Shown in pieces: positions 8,605 through 14,558 of a stretch of DNA of 14,558 bases. The notes beneath the pieces were generated by a model. The model was not told where the DNA came from, did no database searches, and saw nothing but the letters and a program-made list of their open reading frames with translations. Origin of the DNA: Candidatus Thorarchaeota archaeon (GTDB taxonomy: Archaea > Asgardarchaeota > Thorarchaeia > Thorarchaeales > Thorarchaeaceae); assembly GCA_016839605.1 (NCBI GenBank), contig JAEOTX010000189.1:1-14558 (forward strand), written 5' to 3'. The number at the start of each line of letters is the position of its first letter. Position 1 is the stretch's first letter. A program made the translations under genes and the position numbers.

Positions 8605-8721
8605 CTAGGGTCCCTTGTACCCAGTTTTAGCCCACTCAAAAGCTAGCACCCAGTCGACCTCCCTTCTGGTCTCCTGTTCACTCTTCTTTTCAGAGGCCTT
8701 ACTCTTCTTCTTTTTTGACAT
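8605..8721 (-). CDS. Microprotein of 38 aa missed by the ORF track: MSKKKKSKASEKKSEQETRREVDWVLAFEWAKTGYKGP
   Basis: ATG at 8721, TAG at 8607-8605, AGGAG SD 11 nt upstream. It ends 23 nt before the TPR start on the same strand. Confidence 0.7.
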   Translation of the reverse strand: MSKKKKSKASEKKSEQETRREVDWVLAFEWAKTGYKGP

Positions 8722-8723
8722 CT

Positions 8724-8830
8724 GCAGTCTTGCTCCTATCAGTCGGCTGTCTCGTTACGACTGATGTACAGGGTATTAGCCAAGGACTGATTTGGCACTA
8801 CTGCCGCACTCAGTTTCTTCTTATGAGAAC
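8724..8830 (-). promoter_or_regulatory. Candidate structured 5' leader RNA enclosing the SD
   Basis: Stems AUCAGUCG/CGACUGAU, GCCAA/UUGGC and GCAGU-AG-UGC/GCA-AG-ACUGC; TATTAAAAA box at 8860-8852. Confidence 0.45.
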
Positions 8831-8959
8831 CTCAAAGCGTTCACTAAAGACTTTTTAATATCCGCATTCATGAAACGGGGTATAATGAGGTCTTTTTTCG
8901 ATGTAAGAGGCTTATGCGCCGATATTGACATTCTCCATACGTAGAATGAGTACAGAAAT

Positions 8960-10621
8960 CTAAGACCGGAGGTCTCTTGCGATGACGATTATTATGCCAA
9001 CAGCTGCAAGCCCAACGACGCCTGTAATTACAAGAGTGAGGTCTATCACTCCTACAGGCGGGGGCGGCGATGGCGAAGGTGAAGTTGGGCTCGGAGTTAG
9101 GTCGGTTGTAGGAGTGGTTGGACTGGTAGTTGTGAGAGGCGGCGTGTAGTCCATTGGATATGCAATCTCATACTTATCCACGACGAACCCGACTCCAGTG
9201 ACGCCATATGCCGAAATGGGATTCACACTTAATCGAGCTGTGTTTCCAGCCACCCAAGGAGACCAGAAGTTTCGGGCATCAAATTCATCAAAACTGCGAA
9301 TGTCTTCGACCACTCGACCATCATCATCTGTGAGAAGAGTCTGAGAGCCATCATTTGTTATCATACTGACGAAATGCAGTCTAATCATCGCCGCATCCTC
9401 CTGGAAGATTGTCCATGCTGTGGCGGTGGATACACCCGGACCATCGACATCTAGAACAAGAGACGAGCTAAGGTATACCTCAGAGGTATTGGTGGGAGTG
9501 GCTGTCAGATCTCGCGTGAAATAGACCCGGTCTTGATTGAAGTGTATCTTGAAAGCTGCAGCTATGAGTCCTGAATAGAAGCGCTCCAGCAACCAGTAGT
9601 TGTACGTGAACTGTGCGTCAACCTGAGTCATTGTGTGCCAAGTACGGCCATCAAAGAATGAAACCTGAGTAGGAGAACGTTCAGCTGAGTCCTCTATGTC
9701 TAAGTGTACGTTCACATTCTGATTGTATTCATAATTACTGATACTGATGACTGTCGATACAAGTGGATCATCTTGAGTGATTGTCACGTCATCAAGAGCT
9801 TTTGGCGAATCACTCAAGACCTCCACTCCAGTAGTTGTCACCAGGACTATGTCCTCTACTCTCACAGCCCATCCACTGAAGAATAGGTTAGGCTCAATAG
9901 CAAGCACCTGACCGACTTGCAGCTCAATCGCAGCATTTCCAGAATACAATGTAGGATATTCATGGACAAAGAACCCAACGCCATGTCCCCAGTATTGGTG
10001 GAAGTACACTCCAGCCTCTCCAATATAGTCAGACAGCTCGTTTCTCACAATGTCATCTAGCTCTCCAATAGTGACTCCAGGGGCTATCGCAGCGATGGCT
10101 GCTTCTTCGGCCGCTAGGACAGCCGAATATGCATCAAGCATTTCTTGTGTCGCATTCTCAAAGAAATAAGTTCGAGTGACGTCAGCACTGTGGTTCTGAT
10201 ATTTGCAGCCCATGTCAATCATGACGATAGGCTCTGTGGCAGGATTAATGATATGCTCATGGTCGTCATATGGATTCCCGTGTGGTTCCTCCAGCTCCGG
10301 ACCAGACATAGTGAGCGTCGCAAATGCAAGAGGACCATCAGCCCCCTCTGCACGCATTATCGCCTCAAGGTGTTTGGACACTTCCCACTGAGTCACTGAC
10401 TCATCGTATGATCGTCTGAGGATGTTTCGAGCCTCATTCTGTGCAATAGATGTAATCCTTCCGGCTTCAGAAGCACGTTCTGCAACTGAGCCTATCTGCG
10501 AAACTTGTGCCTCTATATCAGATTCTATCGGTGAGGAACTGTCTTGAGTACCTATCAATACTGGCAACATGAGGACCAAGAGAATCCAAATTACAACAAA
10601 GGAATGCTTCTTCAGGTTCAC
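8960..10621 (-). CDS. Secreted, C-terminally anchored M24B (Xaa-Pro aminopeptidase/prolidase-like) peptidase
   Basis: Signal-peptide-like N-terminus and all five metal ligands (IDMG, ADVTRT, GHGVG, IEPN, RVED). A CUB-like beta domain, a Thr/Pro/Ser linker and a terminal TM helix follow. Confidence 0.9.
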   Translation of the reverse strand: MNLKKHSFVVIWILLVLMLPVLIGTQDSSSPIESDIEAQVSQIGSVAERASEAGRITSIAQNEARNILRRSYDESVTQWEVSKHLEAIMRAEGADGPLAFATLTMSGPELEEPHGNPYDDHEHIINPATEPIVMIDMGCKYQNHSADVTRTYFFENATQEMLDAYSAVLAAEEAAIAAIAPGVTIGELDDIVRNELSDYIGEAGVYFHQYWGHGVGFFVHEYPTLYSGNAAIELQVGQVLAIEPNLFFSGWAVRVEDIVLVTTTGVEVLSDSPKALDDVTITQDDPLVSTVISISNYEYNQNVNVHLDIEDSAERSPTQVSFFDGRTWHTMTQVDAQFTYNYWLLERFYSGLIAAAFKIHFNQDRVYFTRDLTATPTNTSEVYLSSSLVLDVDGPGVSTATAWTIFQEDAAMIRLHFVSMITNDGSQTLLTDDDGRVVEDIRSFDEFDARNFWSPWVAGNTARLSVNPISAYGVTGVGFVVDKYEIAYPMDYTPPLTTTSPTTPTTDLTPSPTSPSPSPPPPVGVIDLTLVITGVVGLAAVGIIIVIARDLRS

Positions 10622-10732
10622 CCACCAAGTCAGATATCGTGTGAAAACCAGATATCAATCATACTGACCAAGCAGCCACACAATTTCGAATGAGTTATCT
10701 CCCAGTATGTGGGTAGAGGGACGGGTCTCGAG

Positions 10733-11611
10733 ATGCATCTGAAAGGAATGGAGAAAGTCCGCGAGAAACTGCCGGGATATGCCGGGAAGAGATTAGCATT
10801 GGTGCCTCTGCTCATGTTTGGCATGGCGCTGCTAGGATTGACATTCTTGCTGATTCTTGACATTCTACCCCGAATTGCTGTACAGCTATCTTTCCTGGTT
10901 TTTATAGAGCCATTATTGCCAATCGGGGGCATGACGGTATTATTAGTCGTTGCACTCTGGCTTGTTTGGGGAGTCTGGCGAAAGAGAATCGAGCTTCAAG
11001 CTGATCTTGGAGAACTGGCATATCAACGCGTCATTCCTCATGGGATTTCAGGAATTGGATTACTATTTGGATGTCTAGTTCATATGTTTGTGTCTGTGAG
11101 GTCTCTGCCTCCCGGACCTCCAGTGAACGAGTTGACAACTCTGTTCTCGCAGTCCCTCCTTCCTCTGGTTGGCATCCCTATCGAGTTAGACGTTCCTCTA
11201 CGGATAGTACTTGGGAGCTTCTTTGTGTTGCTAGGATTACTTACTATGCGTCAGGCAGTTCTTACGTTTGGCATCGATTATATGATTGTGATTTACCTCT
11301 ATTTCCCTGATGAATCAGAGATTCAGCAGCGGGAGATTTACTCAATAATCCGTCACCCGACATACTTCGCTGGCATCTTGTTGGGTCTATCTGCAATGTT
11401 CTTTCGAATGTCCGTCTTCACAATCATCTTCTTTGTGCTATTTTATGCTGCCTGGAGAGCGCAGATTTCAGTCGAGGAAAAGGAGTTGATGGAAAGGTTC
11501 GGAGAGGGATATTCTGAGTATATGGAGAGAGTCCCAGGCCTATATATCAGACTAGGGGACCTCGGCACTTACCTTCGATTCCTCCTTGGCCGTTCTGTAG
11601 ATGAAGCGTAG
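10733..11611 (+). CDS. Isoprenylcysteine carboxyl methyltransferase (ICMT/PEMT) family membrane protein
   Basis: IYSIIRHPTY and EEKELMERFGEGYSEYMERVP motifs with multiple TM segments. The substrate is unknown. Confidence 0.85.
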   Translation: MHLKGMEKVREKLPGYAGKRLALVPLLMFGMALLGLTFLLILDILPRIAVQLSFLVFIEPLLPIGGMTVLLVVALWLVWGVWRKRIELQADLGELAYQRVIPHGISGIGLLFGCLVHMFVSVRSLPPGPPVNELTTLFSQSLLPLVGIPIELDVPLRIVLGSFFVLLGLLTMRQAVLTFGIDYMIVIYLYFPDESEIQQREIYSIIRHPTYFAGILLGLSAMFFRMSVFTIIFFVLFYAAWRAQISVEEKELMERFGEGYSEYMERVPGLYIRLGDLGTYLRFLLGRSVDEA

Positions 11612-11683
11612 TTAGTTGTTTGACCTACATAATCCAGCTAAGATAAGAGAAGGTAATACAAAGCACGAGGATAGGTGTACAAC

Positions 11684-13126
11684 ATGGCCAAGGAATTTGC
11701 CTGGGATTGGATATCACGAAATGAGTCACAAATGATTGAAGTAAGCGACAAGGTCTGGGAGTTTGCTGAGCTTGGACTTCTAGAGTTCAAATCATCTGAA
11801 CTGCTTGCCAAGACGCTCGAAGAGTATGGATTCACAGTTGACCGCGGCATAGCGGACATGCCTACAGCGTTTGTAGCGACATATGGCTCAGGATCACCAG
11901 TCATTGCTATCAATGGAGAGTATGACGCACTGCCGGGATTATCTCAGAAGGCTATAGCACAACAAGACCCACTCGAGGAGGGAGCACCGGGCCACGGCTG
12001 TGGTCATAACATCCATGGCGTATCAGGAATGGCTGGAGCGATAGGAGCAAAAATCGCCATGGAGAAGAACAAGATACCGGGCACAATCAAATTCTTTGGT
12101 TGTCCAGCCGAGGAGACCTATAGCGGGAAAGTGTTCATGGTACGAGATGGATACTTCGACAATGTGGATGCAGCTATAAGTCATCATGCGGGCAGCACAA
12201 ATACAGCAGGGATAGGAAGCTCATTGGCTGTGAAGTCCGCAAAGTTCCATTTCCATGGTCTGACATCACATGCAGCTTATTCACCCGAGCATGGACGCAG
12301 CGCACTTGATGCACTTGAATTGATGAATGTTGGAGTCAACTATATGCGAGAGCATATCATGCAAGAAGCAAGAATCCACTATGTGATCGAAAAAGGCGGA
12401 ATGCAGCCCAATGTCGTTCCGGATTATGCAAGGAGTTGGTACTACATTAGAGCTCCAGAGATGAGTCAAGTAGATGAAATGATCACGTGGATTCTGGACA
12501 TTGCGAAAGGAGCCAATCTGATGGCTAGGACTAAACATGTTGTAGATGTCGTAGAAGGGTGCACCAACGTTATTCCAAGCAAGAGTCTTAGCGATGTCGT
12601 GGTTGGAAACATGAGAGAAATCGGGGCACCTGAATACACAAATCAAGAAATGGACTTCCTGAAGGAGATGAATAAGTCAATCACGAAGGAAGCAAAGATT
12701 GAACTTCTACGCATGATGAAACGACCTGACTGGGAAGACTTTGTTGACGTCCTCATTGATACGACTATTCCCGATCCATGGGACAAGGGCATTGTATGGC
12801 CGGGATCAACTGATGTGGGAGATGTAAGTTGGGTCACCCCTACAATGGAATTTACCACCGCCACCGGACTTCTTGGAGACCCGGGCCACTCATGGCAGAC
12901 GGTTGCTGTCTGTGGAATGAGCATAGGGCATAAGTCGATGCTATTCGCTGCTAAGGCAATTGCTGGCACCGCCCTAGACCTTCTCACAAAGCCTGAGCAA
13001 TTGAAAGCTGTTCAGGATGAGTTCGAGAAACGATTGATGGGTCGGGAGTACAAATGCCCGATTCCAGACGATGTGAAACCCCCACACGAAGTTGCCAGAG
13101 AGGCAGCAAAAATAACACGCACATGA
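11684..13126 (+). CDS. M20 amidohydrolase, AbgB-like (p-aminobenzoyl-glutamate hydrolase subunit B family)
   Basis: GEYDALPGLSQ, GHGCGHN, GCPAEE, GRSALDA, GSTDVGDVSW and HSWQ motifs; AGGTG SD precedes ATG 11684. Confidence 0.92.
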   Translation: MAKEFAWDWISRNESQMIEVSDKVWEFAELGLLEFKSSELLAKTLEEYGFTVDRGIADMPTAFVATYGSGSPVIAINGEYDALPGLSQKAIAQQDPLEEGAPGHGCGHNIHGVSGMAGAIGAKIAMEKNKIPGTIKFFGCPAEETYSGKVFMVRDGYFDNVDAAISHHAGSTNTAGIGSSLAVKSAKFHFHGLTSHAAYSPEHGRSALDALELMNVGVNYMREHIMQEARIHYVIEKGGMQPNVVPDYARSWYYIRAPEMSQVDEMITWILDIAKGANLMARTKHVVDVVEGCTNVIPSKSLSDVVVGNMREIGAPEYTNQEMDFLKEMNKSITKEAKIELLRMMKRPDWEDFVDVLIDTTIPDPWDKGIVWPGSTDVGDVSWVTPTMEFTTATGLLGDPGHSWQTVAVCGMSIGHKSMLFAAKAIAGTALDLLTKPEQLKAVQDEFEKRLMGREYKCPIPDDVKPPHEVAREAAKITRT

Positions 13127-13163
13127 GGACTAGACTGAATATATCTGAGAGGAGTGATGTGCA

Positions 13164-13547
13164 ATGAAGATGATAGATGTCGACAGCGAGGCTAGAAAGA
13201 AGAGCAAAGCTCACTATTCTCCTGCAGTAGTACATGACGGGATTGTATACGTATCAGGTCAACTACCTATGGATCCAGAGAAAGGAAGGCCAGTTGAAGG
13301 AGGAATTGAAGAACATACTAGGGCTGCATTGCAGAGCTTATCCCAGGTGCTTGAGGCCGCAGGGAGTTCAAAGAAGAAGGTGTTGAGGACCACGGCCTAT
13401 ATTCCTGATGTGACGTTATGGGGCCAGGTGAATGAAATTTATGCCGAGTTCTTCGGAAAACATAGACCAGCAAGAACCGTTGTTCCAACCACTGAACTAC
13501 ACTATGGGTGCCTCATAGAGATCGATGCTGTCGCCTTCGTTGACTAG
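13164..13547 (+). CDS. RidA/YjgF/UK114 family enamine/imine deaminase
   Basis: HYSPAV, YVSGQLP, RPART (catalytic Arg present) and IEIDA motifs; GAGGAGTGA SD; starts 37 nt after the amidohydrolase stop. Confidence 0.92.
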   Translation: MKMIDVDSEARKKSKAHYSPAVVHDGIVYVSGQLPMDPEKGRPVEGGIEEHTRAALQSLSQVLEAAGSSKKKVLRTTAYIPDVTLWGQVNEIYAEFFGKHRPARTVVPTTELHYGCLIEIDAVAFVD

Positions 13548-13595
13548 AAGTGAACCAGACCAATAAGTTAATTATAGTTAATTCCTCAGGTTGAT

Positions 13596-13715
13596 ATGAT
13601 GAATATGAGTATTGAGTCAGAAACAGTGACATGTAAGGCATGTGGAAGATCGTTTCATTCCGAAGAAGAGAAGGAGAATCACATCAAGGAATCTCATATG
13701 AAGCCAAAGACATGA
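13596..13715 (+). CDS. Single C2H2 zinc-finger microprotein (36-39 aa) missed by the ORF track
   Basis: MMNMSIESETVTCKACGRSFHSEEEKENHIKESHMKPKT fits C-x2-C-x3-F-x8-H-x4-H. A TTAATTATA box lies at 13568-13576; in-frame ATGs are at 13596, 13599 and 13605. Confidence 0.85.
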   Translation: MMNMSIESETVTCKACGRSFHSEEEKENHIKESHMKPKT

Positions 13716-13762
13716 AGATAAAAGGCGGATGCATGGGCTGAAAAGATGCTCTGAATTTGACT

Positions 13763-13817
13763 GAAAAAGAAGATTGCCCTGTGCAATAGCATTCACATTA
13801 ATGCTGCATGCACAGGG
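13763..13817 (-). terminator. Long hairpin followed by a U-rich tract at the 3' end of the small basic protein gene
   Basis: CCCTGTGCA (13777-13785)/TGCACAGGG (13809-13817) with inner AGCATT/AATGCT, followed by TTCTTTTTC on the minus strand. Confidence 0.55.
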
Positions 13818-13856
13818 GTCTCATGCAAAACGATTCTGGCCGTAATGGAATCGCGG

Positions 13857-14069
13857 TTATCCCTTCACTTTCCTGTCCATATATGAGCCCAGACGCCGAT
13901 TGGAATTAATCCGCGGTGTCAACGCGATATAATCACGAAGTGGAAAATTAAGGGAGCTATGCCTAGCATCAATGATATCTGCAAAAGCAGCTGTATACCA
14001 TCTTAGTTCATTCTTGTTCATTTCACGTCTCACTTTGCGTTTTCGTTTTCGTGCTTCTCGAGCTGACAT
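13857..14069 (-). CDS. Small Arg/Lys-rich hypothetical protein (70 aa)
   Basis: GAGGAGG SD (14087-14081) lies 11 nt before ATG 14069 (MSAREARKRKRKVRRE...). The ORF-track start at 14186 falls inside the structured leader. Confidence 0.7.
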   Translation of the reverse strand: MSAREARKRKRKVRREMNKNELRWYTAAFADIIDARHSSLNFPLRDYIALTPRINSNRRLGSYMDRKVKG

Positions 14070-14100
14070 TTTTCCATTTTCCTCCTCGAGGACAGCACAC

Positions 14101-14268
14101 AAAAGACAGCTTATCGCCCCTGGCGTGTAACTGTCAATAGAGTCCTCTTCCCCGAGAGGACCGCAATCAGAAGAAGTCGACAACACGAGGAAGAGAGCTC
14201 TACATTAGTTCCCACTAATAAGCGGGAACCGATAGAGATGTGTGATATTTCCTCGTGGCATTTCTGTC
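14101..14268 (-). ncRNA. Candidate structured ncRNA or cis-regulatory leader (~170 nt, three hairpin domains)
   Basis: Nested stems of 5+9+5+10 bp, a second hairpin of 7-8 bp and a third hairpin followed by UUUU. G-U pairs form only on the minus strand, and TTTAAA at 14297-14292 lies about 24 nt upstream. Confidence 0.6.
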
Positions 14269-14328
14269 AGTGCAGCAAAAACGAATTCCGTTTTAAACTT
14301 TGATGTCTCTGTAACCATCAGATATGAT

Positions 14329-14556
14329 TCACTGGGCGATTTCCTTGATCTTTACCAGCGTCTCAGAAATTGGCATCTCCCAACTCCTAGTATCAAGGTT
14401 GAATGCTGACAGTAGATGAACGTAGCCTTTACCCTTACCCTTGATTACCATCTGGATAAAGAATTCCTCAGTGTATTTTCTAAAGAGGCTGATTCTTGAA
14501 AGGAAATGATTGGTTTCACTAGCAGGCATCATCACCCAGACATTATAGGTCGACTT
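14329..14556 (-). CDS. 3' end of a gene truncated by the window edge (hypothetical; possibly an Lrp/AsnC-like multi-domain regulator)
   Basis: The frame is open from the window edge (KSTYNVWVMMPASE...FNLDTRSWEMP...IAQ*). The family guess is weak. Confidence 0.6.
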   Translation of the reverse strand, partial: KSTYNVWVMMPASETNHFLSRISLFRKYTEEFFIQMVIKGKGKGYVHLLSAFNLDTRSWEMPISETLVKIKEIAQ

Positions 14557-14558
14557 GT

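Noticed and set aside
10733-11611. Evidence of eukaryote-like CaaX prenyl-protein methylation
   Set aside because: ICMT-fold proteins are widespread in prokaryotes with other substrates, and no prenyltransferase is present in the window.
3616-13235. Short overlapping ORFs starting at 3616, 3629, 7116, 8122, 9704, 10145, 10203, 10630, 11071, 11638, 12281, 12643 and 12984
   Set aside because: They lie largely or entirely within confidently identified genes, on the other strand or in another frame.
13716-13856. Possible eukaryote-like SECIS element in the 3' hairpins
   Set aside because: No correctly spaced AUGA...AA...GA core was found, and reading through the neighbouring TGA (13713-15) reaches TAA two codons later.
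14070-14186. N-terminal 39-aa extension of the 13857 ORF from TTG 14186
   Set aside because: The strong SD sits before ATG 14069, and the extension coincides with the hairpin-rich leader.
14179-14268. H/ACA guide, SRP or RNase P identity for the long hairpin
   Set aside because: No 3' ACA box or clear K-turn, and no SRP helix-8 or RNase P P4 consensus is visible. An Rfam search is still needed.
1-14558. CRISPR array, tRNA/rRNA, transposase, integrase or reverse transcriptase
   Set aside because: No regularly spaced repeats, cloverleaf structures or catalytic motifs were seen.

Overview
Gene-dense archaeal chromosomal window, most likely from an Asgard archaeon (Thorarchaeia-like). That assignment is inference from BRE/TATA promoters, GGAGG/GGTG-type SD motifs, oligo-T terminators, a 24-aa 'IDLSPL' leucine-rich-repeat protein and a Thr/Pro-linker surface enzyme. 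The window holds about 19 CDS: a membrane protein plus HTH_34-type regulator operon with a clear palindromic operator, a CxxC zinc-finger hypothetical, an LRR protein and its neighbour, a long coiled-coil/zinc-ribbon protein, a membrane-anchored protein, an AraA/FucI-like isomerase, a PRTase, a TPR protein, a secreted surface-anchored Xaa-Pro peptidase, an ICMT-family protein, an AbgB-like M20 amidohydrolase and a RidA-family protein. Two microproteins are absent from the ORF track: a 38-aa basic peptide and a single C2H2 zinc finger. The most unusual signals are two independent 'structured RNA leader + small basic protein' modules (8605-8860 and 13760-14300). The second has a ~170-nt multi-hairpin leader whose G-U pairs form only on the minus strand and which ends in a hairpin plus UUUU. 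No tRNA, rRNA, CRISPR array or transposase was recognised. All family assignments come from motif recognition and all RNA folds were done by eye; no searches were run.
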